This document shows, piece after piece, positions 31,745 to 40,873 of a DNA stretch of 64,000 bases; position 1 is the stretch's first letter, and each line of letters opens with the position of its first letter. This DNA is from a bacterium (GTDB lineage: Bacteria > Patescibacteriota > Dojkabacteria > JAKAPS01), in the NCBI GenBank assembly GCA_021806925.1, contig JAKAPS010000004.1, positions 1,586-65,585 on the forward strand, written 5' to 3'. The notes beneath the pieces were generated by a model. The model ran no database searches and was not told the origin of the DNA. It saw only the letters and a list, made by a program, of their open reading frames with translations. The translations under genes were made by a program, and so were the position numbers.

Positions 31745-32584
31745 TTATACAAAATGCTTTAGATAGCTAACCCATACGTCATGGTTATATTCTTTACCCA
31801 TCATACTATTACATATTGTATCAGTAATGTCACTAGGCACATTTCTGCTATTCCTTGTAGATAACATTAGTATTAAATTTAAAATTGTAGTTAGGGTTAC
31901 TAACCCTTCTATTATATTTCCTTTACATAAATCTTCATTTACTTTTATTAGGTTCGTTTTTAATATTTCATCATTATAGTTTTCTGTTGTATTGTTCCCT
32001 GATACTAAATTACCAACAAATTTCATAATACAACTTACAAAACCATCATTATCATCTGATATATTAACAAATGGAAAATAATTTATTAACAATTGATATA
32101 TATTTCTTTCTAGATTACTCTGATCAAATTTATTGATCGATATAGTATCTTCTGATTCTTTTAATACATCACTACTTACATATCCGAATTTATGTGCCAG
32201 ATATATTAAAAGTAAATCATTATCTTCTGCTCTCTCTAAATTAATTCCTTTATCACATTTAATTTCATATACTACAGCCCTAGATATATCCTTTTCTATT
32301 TCACTATCGATCACTACTCTACCTGACGTTCTTAGAATTAAGCTTAAACAATTTGATAGAATAACATATTTATGAATTTGATCAATATGATCATTATTCC
32401 ATATATCGTTCGATAATAAATGAGTTAATAATGGACTCCTATCTTCAACAACTCCATGTAAAACCTTAATTAAACTACCAATGTTGCCTGAATCTGAATT
32501 AGAGTATTCTTGTCCAATTAGATTATATTTCTCTAATAGATTATGTAAGGAGAAAGATTCTGCATTATTACATTCATAAGACAT
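31745..32584 (-). CDS. Hypothetical protein
   Basis: Long ORF; start moved to ATG 32584 behind TTGCAA-N18-TACAAT. Confidence 0.65.
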   Translation of the reverse strand: MSYECNNAESFSLHNLLEKYNLIGQEYSNSDSGNIGSLIKVLHGVVEDRSPLLTHLLSNDIWNNDHIDQIHKYVILSNCLSLILRTSGRVVIDSEIEKDISRAVVYEIKCDKGINLERAEDNDLLLIYLAHKFGYVSSDVLKESEDTISINKFDQSNLERNIYQLLINYFPFVNISDDNDGFVSCIMKFVGNLVSGNNTTENYNDEILKTNLIKVNEDLCKGNIIEGLVTLTTILNLILMLSTRNSRNVPSDITDTICNSMMGKEYNHDVWVSYLKHFV

Positions 32585-32632
32585 TCTACACATAAATTGT
32601 AGACACAAATAACACTATTTTGCAACATATAC

Positions 32633-32705
32633 AAAAAAAGACTGATATACTAATTCACTTTGAGTTTCCTTTCTAAATAAACCAAAGCTTTAAAGTATAT
32701 CAGCC
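32633..32705 (-). ncRNA. Putative structured small RNA/long hairpin with U tail (copy A)
   Basis: 12-bp outer stem, inner stem, U7 tail; conserved in copy B. Confidence 0.45.
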
Positions 32706-32714
32706 TATTAACAA

Positions 32715-32745
32715 AAATAAGGAACAAATAAATTGTTCCTTATTT
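32715..32745 (-). terminator. Terminator-like hairpin
   Basis: AAATAAGGAACAA-N5-TTGTTCCTTATTT. Confidence 0.7.
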
Positions 32746-32760
32746 AAGTATTAATCAAAT

Positions 32761-33762
32761 TTACTTTACATTAAATACTACTCCAAGTTCTGGACCACAG
32801 TATCCATTTGCACAATCATGATTTGTTGATAAATAATATCCGTAACTATTTGCATCTACTTGATACTCTCCAGTTGAATTAAATGTAAATTCACTTACTA
32901 TTTGGAATGTGTTACCAGCAGAATATTTAGGATTATTCTTAGTTGCAATATATTGTATTGTACGTTGATATGGCGCAAAGTAGTTATATTCACCACTTGG
33001 AACTTTACTATTTAATTCATATGGAGTTTGACTTCCATTGGAGTTTATTTCATCTGCACTTATTCCTATATATTCATCTGGTATGTTTCTAACATGATTT
33101 ACTGTGTAGTCAGCTTTAACATCTAATACTGTTCCTGCAGGTATACTTATAGTATTCCCTTTTACACATATTATACTAGCTACTGGGTAACCTTGGTTAT
33201 AAACAGCATCAAAAACCATCTTTACACTGTAGTAATAATAATTATTAGATACTGTATAGGTTGAAGGACACTGTAATCCTGTTGGTGTTGGTGTCGGTGT
33301 TGCTACTGTAGGACTTACTGTTGGCGTTGATGTCGGTGTTCCTGTAGGACTTACTGTTGGTGTTGGCGTCGGTGTTGCTACTGTAGGACTTACTGTTGGT
33401 GTTGGCGTACTAGAAGTAGTACAAACTTCTTCTCGGTTTATTAATTGGCAGGAATTATTTGTTTTTGTTGGTGCAGTATTTCCTGTACTAGTTCCACCAC
33501 TTGTATTTGCACTTGAAAATACACTTCTGTCTCCACCGGAAACTCCGCTTGATATATTATTATATTGGGTTAAATGGTTTCTACCGTAATTACCCCCCAT
33601 AGAGAATATTCCTCTACTCTCTACGTTATTAATATAATTTCTGTTTAGAATCAAGAATGCAAAAACTGACAAAAGAGAAACAAAAGCAATTGATAATATC
33701 AATCCTTTCTTTAAACCTCCCTTTTCTTCAGTATCAATCTTTTTTATATTTATTGAACCCAT
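32761..33762 (-). CDS. Membrane-anchored surface protein with Thr/Pro-rich stalk (paralog A)
   Basis: N-terminal TM, TPTPTVSPT repeats, Cys-containing beta-rich C-terminal domain; start 33762 after TTGACA-N18-TATAAT-N6. Confidence 0.8.
   Translation of the reverse strand: MGSINIKKIDTEEKGGLKKGLILSIAFVSLLSVFAFLILNRNYINNVESRGIFSMGGNYGRNHLTQYNNISSGVSGGDRSVFSSANTSGGTSTGNTAPTKTNNSCQLINREEVCTTSSTPTPTVSPTVATPTPTPTVSPTGTPTSTPTVSPTVATPTPTPTGLQCPSTYTVSNNYYYYSVKMVFDAVYNQGYPVASIICVKGNTISIPAGTVLDVKADYTVNHVRNIPDEYIGISADEINSNGSQTPYELNSKVPSGEYNYFAPYQRTIQYIATKNNPKYSAGNTFQIVSEFTFNSTGEYQVDANSYGYYLSTNHDCANGYCGPELGVVFNVK
33278..33410 (-). repeat. Pro/Thr coding tandem repeats
   Basis: Three CTGTAGGACTTACTGTTGG cores. 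Confidence 0.85.
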
Positions 33763-33806
33763 AACTATATTATAGCACCCATAGTATAATAATGTCAAGG
33801 AGCTGA

Positions 33807-34745
33807 TTACTGCTTAAGCCTTTGTATAAATTCATTAGGAATATCAAGGGAAAATGAGTATTCCTTTCCTCTATATATAAATGTCAGACTTTTTGCAAGT
33901 AGATACATTCGTTTTTCATTTTTGGTCCCAGAATAGAGCTTATCACCTAATATAGGAGTCCCTAAGTATTTGAGATGAAGTCTAATTTGATGTGTTCTAC
34001 CAGTTTTCGGAGCTATTTTGAAAAGAATCATGTTATTCTTTATCTCGATTGGTGATATATATGATAGAGAATACTTAGATACTCTAAGTTTATTAGTAGA
34101 AAACATCATTTTTCTATACTCCCTTGGATTATGGGCTACATATCCCTCCACTTTAAATTCATTTTTATCACCATTTATATCTACAAATTTCCTTTCTATT
34201 GATAGCGATGAAGGTATTCCTATTGCAAGGTATTCCTTATACACCTCTCGTTTTGCAAACAACTCCATCAGCTCTCTTTGAGATTCATAGTTTTTAGCAA
34301 TTAAAAGTAACCCACTTGTATCTTTATCTATTCTATGAACAATATATGGTCTAGTTGTTACTGATTTTGGGAAAGACACGTCATTTAATCCGTATTTATA
34401 TACAAGCCAGTTAAGAACTGTATTTGCTCTTTCATTTTTAGATGTATGAACACTTACTCCTACTGGTTTATCTATGACCAGAAAATCATCATTTTCAAAA
34501 ATAATAGGAATATCCATATTTGCAGGTTCAATTGTTTTAAAACTGTTTTTAATTGATTCATTCTGTTGTAGAACAGCATCCAAAGTATTCTCTTGTATAT
34601 AGACTATATCACTGCTTCTTGTCATTTTTGAAGGGTTAGTAACAAATGTATTATTTAATTCAACCTTCCCATCACGGATAAGATGGAGTATTTGAGTTCT
34701 GGAAATTTGCGGATATTTTAAACTTGCGAGTTTATCGAATCTCAT
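33807..34745 (-). CDS. rluD: RluA/RluD-family pseudouridine synthase with S4 domain
   Basis: IDKPVG, HRIDKDTSGLL, TGRTHQIR, ILGDKLY. Confidence 0.9.
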   Translation of the reverse strand: MRFDKLASLKYPQISRTQILHLIRDGKVELNNTFVTNPSKMTRSSDIVYIQENTLDAVLQQNESIKNSFKTIEPANMDIPIIFENDDFLVIDKPVGVSVHTSKNERANTVLNWLVYKYGLNDVSFPKSVTTRPYIVHRIDKDTSGLLLIAKNYESQRELMELFAKREVYKEYLAIGIPSSLSIERKFVDINGDKNEFKVEGYVAHNPREYRKMMFSTNKLRVSKYSLSYISPIEIKNNMILFKIAPKTGRTHQIRLHLKYLGTPILGDKLYSGTKNEKRMYLLAKSLTFIYRGKEYSFSLDIPNEFIQRLKQ

Positions 34746-35106
34746 TTTCGATTATCTTCTCGCATTCGATGCAATAAATTATACTTGGATCTGCTTCAAG
34801 ACGCTCTTTACCTATGTCTTTACCACATTTTCTACACTTCCCGTATTTCTTTGTTTTTATCAATTTTAAAGAATACCTTATATTCTTCAGGTATCTTTTT
34901 AGGATTGACTCACTTTCAATATTTTCAAGTCTTTTCTGTTCACCATCCTGGCTAGCAGCAGGGTCAATATCCTCAAGATATTTATCTGTATCCTTGAGAT
35001 TTATTTCATTTTCAATCCTTTCAATACTATCTTCAAGAACTTCCTCTTCATTCTTAAGCTTCTTCTTATTTCTCTTAATTAAATCACTAAATTTTATCAT
35101 AATCAC
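34732..35106 (-). CDS. TraR/DksA C4 zinc-finger protein
   Basis: YGKCRKCGKDIGKERLEADP...CIEC. Confidence 0.9.
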   Translation of the reverse strand: MIMIKFSDLIKRNKKKLKNEEEVLEDSIERIENEINLKDTDKYLEDIDPAASQDGEQKRLENIESESILKRYLKNIRYSLKLIKTKKYGKCRKCGKDIGKERLEADPSIIYCIECEKIIENEIR

Positions 35107-35122
35107 TCTATTGTATATTTTA

Positions 35123-35800
35123 CTACTTTTTTATTTCAAATGTAAAAGCAGATAATTTTCCTACCCTTCTTCCAAATAGATCAAAAAGAGCTGGAAAGTG
35201 TATAAGATCATTCCTATACATAAAGTATGTAATACACGACATATAAACAACAGCCGTTGATGCGTAATATATTGTATTCAAACTATATATATTTGATATT
35301 AATATAGTTGAGTTATACAGAATGTTTACTAGAAAATATATGAATAAGGAATAGTAAAACCATTTTATGTTTTTGTAAAGAACGACTAGTGATATATATA
35401 TCACACCATAGAATAACAGGAAGTGCCATTCTGTAAGCACAAATTTAGAAATATTTATATGTGAGACAAGATACATACATGTAATAGAGAAGAAAATATT
35501 TAATAGTATGTACGTTCTTAATATCTCAAGTACAAATACAGGTGTGAATTTAACATAACTTAATTTAAACACAAGAATTGCAGTTGGTATAAGCAATAGA
35601 ACTGTCAAAGGGAAAAAAATATCAGGTGAATATATGAAAGGGATTGCTGGTATTATTGATATGAATATTATCCTAAAGAATATATCAAAACTATCGATTT
35701 TATCATAATTGTATTTAAAGCATTTTACATAAAGACTAAATGATGAAAATATTAATGAGAATATAAAGAAACCAAAATCTACTAATATATTATCTATCAT
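35123..35800 (-). CDS. Membrane protein (possibly Lgt-like)
   Basis: About 7 TMs; family guess from context only. Confidence 0.55.
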   Translation of the reverse strand: MIDNILVDFGFFIFSLIFSSFSLYVKCFKYNYDKIDSFDIFFRIIFISIIPAIPFIYSPDIFFPLTVLLLIPTAILVFKLSYVKFTPVFVLEILRTYILLNIFFSITCMYLVSHINISKFVLTEWHFLLFYGVIYISLVVLYKNIKWFYYSLFIYFLVNILYNSTILISNIYSLNTIYYASTAVVYMSCITYFMYRNDLIHFPALFDLFGRRVGKLSAFTFEIKK

Positions 35801-35831
35801 TTATTTTCTTAACATGATAGCCTTAAATAAA

Positions 35832-37073
35832 TCAGCTTGTCAAAATAGTTTCAAATATATCATTAGAAGCGATACTTTTAAAATATTCTTTAATTTTTAC
35901 ACTCTTAATTTTACTAATTGTGGAAATTATATCAACGTAATTATTTACTTTATCTTCATAATAGTAGTCATAGCAATATAGCTTATTCATCACACCTGGA
36001 TTATTTATCTCTTTTTTATATATTGATTTTAGGTACTTAACTCCCCTATTGATATCTATGCCTTCCCCATTAGATATCTTCTCTAGTGAATTCCTTATTT
36101 CAGCTATAACTTTTTTAACATTTCTTTTGGTAACTGAAGAATATATATAGCAGATTGAAAAATCATGAAAATAAAATACTTCATAATCAATTGAGTAAAC
36201 CATACCAGAATTTTCCCTTAGAGTTTGCCATAGGTATGAACTTGTTCCACCTAATAATATACTCATACCTGCTTCAAGTAAAAGTGATTCATTTGATCCA
36301 TATCGTGGACCTATAAATCCAACCGACAGAAATGTTTCTGATTTGCTCTTTTTTACTACCTTTTTGTATAGTGTTTTATTTGTACTATGACCTATATCCG
36401 TATACTTCGGAAGTGCTCTTTTACGCTGCACATTGTTTATATTATGCACATCTTTAACATTGTTAAATACTTGTCTGTATATTGAAGTATATGACGCCTT
36501 TGATGTTATTGAAATAATCAGATTCTCAGGAACACATATTTTCTTTATAAATCTTCTAACTTGCCCAATGGTTATATTATCTTCGTTCCCTATGATATCC
36601 CTTGATATTTCTGGATAGTTATACAATATTTGCCCATACACTAAGTCAGATAGTTCTTTTTCTGAATCATATCCATTACTAATTCTTTCCTCATGAATGA
36701 CCTTCTTTTCACTTTCAAAATCTTTCTTACTAAATTTGTTTCTAAAAATTAAATCTAGAACTATATCTATCAATTCACATATCTTTTTTGAATTAATCTC
36801 TGCTGTTATTTCAATAAATTCTGCTGAGGTATAGGCATTTAACTCACCCTCATTTTCATCAAGAAATTTACTTATTGAAAATTGAGAATAATTTACACTT
36901 CCCTTTAGAATTATATGTTCAACAAAATGAGACAACCCTATGATTTTATCATCCTTTGCACCATGCCTAATTACAATATGTAAGTATGAAGTATCATTAT
37001 TACTTTGGTGATAATTTAATTTGCTATATTTATTTACTAATAGAGTCCCATTTTTTATATCAAATACTTTCAT
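35832..37073 (-). CDS. M16 family zinc peptidase
   Basis: HFVEH inverted zinc motif, NAYTS, EKKVIHEE, LRENSGMVY. Confidence 0.9.
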   Translation of the reverse strand: MKVFDIKNGTLLVNKYSKLNYHQSNNDTSYLHIVIRHGAKDDKIIGLSHFVEHIILKGSVNYSQFSISKFLDENEGELNAYTSAEFIEITAEINSKKICELIDIVLDLIFRNKFSKKDFESEKKVIHEERISNGYDSEKELSDLVYGQILYNYPEISRDIIGNEDNITIGQVRRFIKKICVPENLIISITSKASYTSIYRQVFNNVKDVHNINNVQRKRALPKYTDIGHSTNKTLYKKVVKKSKSETFLSVGFIGPRYGSNESLLLEAGMSILLGGTSSYLWQTLRENSGMVYSIDYEVFYFHDFSICYIYSSVTKRNVKKVIAEIRNSLEKISNGEGIDINRGVKYLKSIYKKEINNPGVMNKLYCYDYYYEDKVNNYVDIISTISKIKSVKIKEYFKSIASNDIFETILTS

Positions 37074-37621
37074 TTTGACTCTCTGCCAACATATTCCCCA
37101 TTTTCTGTATTTACACGTACAACTTCACCCTGTTTTACAAAAAGCGGAACTTGAATAATAAGGCCAGTTTCTAACTCTGCGGGTTTTGTAGGATTACTTG
37201 ATGAATTTCCTTTAACCCCCTCTTCAGTATCTTTTACAGTAAGTTCAACAATCTTAGGAATATCAACGCTTACAAGTTTTCCATCAATACTCATTCCAAT
37301 TACTTTTTCACCGTTCTTCAGGTATTTTATATCATCCCCTATATCAACAGAAACCTGTTCAAATGACTCAATATCCATAAAATACCCAATTGAGTCTTCT
37401 GAATATATAAACTGATAATTAGATTTACTCACATCTGCATCATCAAATTTATCATTATTACTGAAGCTTTTATCAACAATTGACAATGTTTTCAAGTTTT
37501 TTACACGTACCTTTATTACGGCCCCTCCCCTACCCATAGCTATATGATCATACTTTAAGACAATAAATGTATCCTTGTCCATCTTAAATACTGCACCTGG
37601 TTTTAAATCTGTTGCTAACAT
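37070..37621 (-). CDS. efp: Elongation factor P
   Basis: MGRGGA loop, KPAELETG, VPLFV, GEYVGR. Confidence 0.96.
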   Translation of the reverse strand: MLATDLKPGAVFKMDKDTFIVLKYDHIAMGRGGAVIKVRVKNLKTLSIVDKSFSNNDKFDDADVSKSNYQFIYSEDSIGYFMDIESFEQVSVDIGDDIKYLKNGEKVIGMSIDGKLVSVDIPKIVELTVKDTEEGVKGNSSSNPTKPAELETGLIIQVPLFVKQGEVVRVNTENGEYVGRESK

Positions 37622-37732
37622 AACTTTTTGGATTATATATTAAAAGAAGGAAGAATGGAAGAAACAAAACACAAGTATATATAGATGAATAATAAAGATA
37701 AGAGAAAACAAATGCTGTATGCAGTATGTAAC

Positions 37733-37804
37733 AAAAAAGACTGACATACTAATTCCCTTTGAGTTTCCTTTCTAAATAAACCAAAGCTTTAAAGTATATC
37801 AGTC
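37733..37804 (-). ncRNA. Putative structured small RNA/long hairpin with U tail (copy B)
   Basis: Same fold as 32633..32705. Confidence 0.45.
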
Positions 37805-37813
37805 TATTAACAG

Positions 37814-37847
37814 AAATAAGGAACAATATATATCTTGTTCCTTATTT
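37814..37847 (-). terminator. Terminator-like hairpin
   Basis: Same 13-bp stem as copy A with a different loop. Confidence 0.7.
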
Positions 37848-37862
37848 GAGTATTAATCTTAT

Positions 37863-38828
37863 TTACTGTACATTAAATACTATTCCAAGTTCTGGACCAC
37901 AGTATCCATTTGCACAATCATTATTTGTTGACAAATAATATCCATAACTATTTGCATCTATTTGATATTCGCCAGTTGAACCAAATATAAATTCGCTTGC
38001 TATCTGGAATGTGTTACCAGCAGAATATTTAGGATTATTCTTTGTTGCAATATATTGTATTGTACGTTGGTATGGTGCAAAATTTCTATATTCACTACCA
38101 GGTACCTTACTATTTAATTCGTATGGTGTCTGACTTCCATTTAGATTTATTTCATCTGCACTTATTCCTATATATTCATCAGATATATTTCTTGTATGAT
38201 TTATTGTGTAATATGCTTCAACATCAACAGTTGATCCTACTGGAATACTTATTTTAGTTCCATTAACACATATTCCATTTTTATCAGTTAATATTAATTT
38301 TACTGAATAGAAATAATTATTATCTGCATTAGTCATAATGTATGTTTCACTGCATTGTATAGCATTACTTGTTTTTTTACTTTGTATTTTATTAATTAGA
38401 TTTGAAAGATTATTACCAGCGTTACTGAAAATTTTATTTATATTTTGTGTGCCTTGTCCTTGTGACATTTTTACTGGTGTAGGATTACAATCTAATAATC
38501 TAACCAATACTATTGGAAGTGGGCATTTATTATTTGTAACAAAATTATTATTTAATGTTGTTTGTTGTTTCTTAGTAGAATTATCAGATGGTTTATAGTC
38601 AGTCCTTGAATTATATGTAACAACAGATGATATACCATTCGAGTTCCTACTATAATTACCACCCATAGAGAATACTCCCCTACTCTCTACATTGGATATA
38701 TAGTTTCTGTTTAATACTAGGAACGTAAATACTGATAAAAGAGAAACAAAAGCAATTGATAATATCAATCCTTTCTTTAAACCTCTCTTTTCTTCAGTAT
38801 CAATTTTTTTTATATCTATTGAACTCAT
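37863..38828 (-). CDS. Membrane-anchored surface protein (paralog B)
   Basis: N- and C-termini nearly identical to 32761..33762; different Asn/Ser/Thr-rich stalk. Confidence 0.8.
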   Translation of the reverse strand: MSSIDIKKIDTEEKRGLKKGLILSIAFVSLLSVFTFLVLNRNYISNVESRGVFSMGGNYSRNSNGISSVVTYNSRTDYKPSDNSTKKQQTTLNNNFVTNNKCPLPIVLVRLLDCNPTPVKMSQGQGTQNINKIFSNAGNNLSNLINKIQSKKTSNAIQCSETYIMTNADNNYFYSVKLILTDKNGICVNGTKISIPVGSTVDVEAYYTINHTRNISDEYIGISADEINLNGSQTPYELNSKVPGSEYRNFAPYQRTIQYIATKNNPKYSAGNTFQIASEFIFGSTGEYQIDANSYGYYLSTNNDCANGYCGPELGIVFNVQ

Positions 38829-38964
38829 AACTATATTATAGCACCTATAATATAATAATGTCAAGGAGCTGATTACTGCTTAAGCCTTTGTATAAATTCA
38901 TTGGGAATATCCCAGAATACTTACTGCAGTAGATATTGACAAATATATATATATAGTAACATTA

Positions 38965-39130
38965 TGGTATGAACGAAAATCAATATGAACCCTGTGAATC
39001 TGAAGATAGAAAAACTATTAGTAAAGTATCTAGTGCATGTTCTAATGCTGGTATGAACGAAAATCAATATGAACCCTGTGAATCTGAAGATAGAAAAACT
39101 ATTAGTAAAGTATTTAGTGCATGTTCTGAT
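38965..39130 (+). repeat. 84-bp tandem duplication
   Basis: Two near-identical copies encoding MNENQYEPCESEDRKTISKV.SACS. Confidence 0.95.
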
Positions 39131-39385
39131 AAATGTAAAAAAATTATTAGTGAACATCCAAAAACTAGTTTTGTGCTAAGTGGTCTCGCGTTAGGTACAC
39201 TGTATGTGCTTTCAACACATTTTCCATCTGTAATTGTTGCAAATCTTATATCTACTGGATTTTTCTTTAGAGCTTTTTTTGATCCAAGAGATTGGAGGAA
39301 AATAAATAAAAAAAAGATAAATATTTATACTATATTTCACTTTGTTCTAATTTTATTTATCCTTAAGTTTGTTCACCTCCATTGA
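38969..39385 (+). CDS. Hypothetical membrane protein, possibly truncated
   Basis: 138-aa ORF with duplicated N-terminus and hydrophobic segments; tail overlaps the mfd relic. Confidence 0.5.
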   Translation: MNENQYEPCESEDRKTISKVSSACSNAGMNENQYEPCESEDRKTISKVFSACSDKCKKIISEHPKTSFVLSGLALGTLYVLSTHFPSVIVANLISTGFFFRAFFDPRDWRKINKKKINIYTIFHFVLILFILKFVHLH

Positions 39386-39530
39386 TAATAGCTTCGTATA
39401 GAGTTCAAAACCGATAGAATTTACGTTACCATGCTGTTTTCTATGGAAAGAGGTTACCTGCCCCCTTATTTCAAGATCCTTTACTGCCATATTAAATCCT
39501 GAACCAAGTTCATCATCATGTGTTAGAATA
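39353..39530 (-). pseudogene. mfd: Fragment of transcription-repair coupling factor (TRG motif region)
   Basis: ELGSGFNMAVKDLEIRG...QHGNVNSIGFELYTKLL; GAGNLF is recoverable via compensating frameshifts. Confidence 0.8.
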
Positions 39531-39543
39531 TACATAGCAAAAT

Positions 39544-40074
39544 ATGATAAACAAAATAGAACAATACAAGAAGGTTTTATATTTACTAGATAAAAACAAT
39601 GTTGAATATATTCAATATGAACATATGCCTGCTTTAACATATGAAGATTTATTAAAGGTACAGAAGGAAACTGGTTTCTATGGAAGTGAAACAAAATCCA
39701 TGGCTTTAAATATAGGGTCTTCTCAGTTTATAGTTTGCAATACATTGCAAGGTAAAAGATTAAATATTAATAAAATAAAGGAGACTATAAATCAGTCTAG
39801 GAAAGACTTACACCTTAATGAGATAAAAAGCATTAAACTTGCAACAAAAGAAGAACTTGAAGAACACTTTGGTGCTGAACCTGGTTGTATGTACCCTTTT
39901 GGATTCTCAAAGAATATCGATATATTTGTTGATGAAACCATATTTCAAACAGAATGGTTACTATTTAGCCCAGTTCTTCCAACAAGAACAATACAGGCCA
40001 AGGCAATTGATTTGAAGAAAGTGTATGATAATATAGGAAATAGAGTCACTTATGTAAATGATTTTACATTATAA
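39544..40074 (+). CDS. YbaK/ProX aminoacyl-tRNA editing domain protein
   Basis: EHMPALT, ETKSM, LATKEEL, GAEPGCMYPFG. Confidence 0.85.
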   Translation: MINKIEQYKKVLYLLDKNNVEYIQYEHMPALTYEDLLKVQKETGFYGSETKSMALNIGSSQFIVCNTLQGKRLNINKIKETINQSRKDLHLNEIKSIKLATKEELEEHFGAEPGCMYPFGFSKNIDIFVDETIFQTEWLLFSPVLPTRTIQAKAIDLKKVYDNIGNRVTYVNDFTL

Positions 40075-40118
40075 CTGAGTGACGAATAATACCCCTTTTT
40101 GTGTTTAAATATATAGTA

Positions 40119-40202
40119 TGCCGAGGAAGAGAGTCGAACTCTTATGAAGTCACCTTCGCTGGATTTTGAGTCCAGTGCGTCTGCCAGTTCCGCCACCTCG
40201 GC
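40119..40202 (-). tRNA. tRNA-Leu(CAA), no encoded CCA
   Basis: GCCGAGG acceptor stem, CTGGA-CTCAAAA-TCCAG anticodon arm, long variable arm, GTTCGAC. Confidence 0.95.
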
Positions 40203-40254
40203 ACATTTCCACACTCTTCTTATACATTATAGATCCGATATCTGTCAATATATA

Positions 40255-40869
40255 TCAAAGTATTTCATCCTTTTTATCAATAAATTTCCTTCGTATTTTC
40301 TCTATTCCTAAAATATAACCTGCAATGTATATTACAAATATTGAAATTAATATATAGTAGCTTGATATATTTATATTAAAATATTCTAGGATTATAACAA
40401 TGCCGAACATAAATAGAGTTGCCTTCCCTGATTCTGAAAAATATACAAACTTTTCTTCCAACACATCAAGAATTCTTATTGTGTAGAATAATACTATTGT
40501 AGATATCGCTACTCCAAGTAAAATAAGTAAGATGTTTTTGGTTATAGCGACCATTGCAATAACATTATCAAAGGAAAGAAAAATATCTATTAAGATTATG
40601 AGCAAAATACCAGCTACCCTTTTTTCAACATTAATGTTTTTAACTGCTAAGAATATGATAAATATTCCAGTAAAAATGTACAGTATATGTAGTATGCTCA
40701 AAAGGAATACAATAAACATGGTAAGTAATACTTTAATAACAGCACCCATTATTAAACCAATCAAAAGATCTTTATTTTTAGGTTGAACCTTTTCTATACC
40801 AATTGCATTATCAAATGAAAATATTGTGTTTATTAATACTAAGTTTAATAATATAATTAGTGTATACAT
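40255..40869 (-). CDS. TerC-family membrane protein
   Basis: FSFDNAI and DIFLSFDNVIA motifs. Confidence 0.8.
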   Translation of the reverse strand: MYTLIILLNLVLINTIFSFDNAIGIEKVQPKNKDLLIGLIMGAVIKVLLTMFIVFLLSILHILYIFTGIFIIFLAVKNINVEKRVAGILLIILIDIFLSFDNVIAMVAITKNILLILLGVAISTIVLFYTIRILDVLEEKFVYFSESGKATLFMFGIVIILEYFNINISSYYILISIFVIYIAGYILGIEKIRRKFIDKKDEIL

Positions 40870-40873
40870 AATA

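Larger units (their letters stand above)
32631..33845. repeat. Segmental duplication copy A
   Basis: Matches 37731..38911 at both ends; middle of CDS unrelated. Confidence 0.92.
37731..38911. repeat. Segmental duplication copy B, including 39 bp copy of rluD 3' end
   Basis: 38873..38911 matches 33807..33845 with one mismatch. Confidence 0.92.

Noticed and set aside
32761-38828. Diversity-generating retroelement (TR/VR pair)
   Set aside because: Both copies are intact genes, differences are mostly third-position and not adenine-specific, and no reverse transcriptase is in the window
39353-39694. 113-aa ORF as a real gene
   Set aside because: Chimera of antisense ybaK-like sequence and the mfd relic
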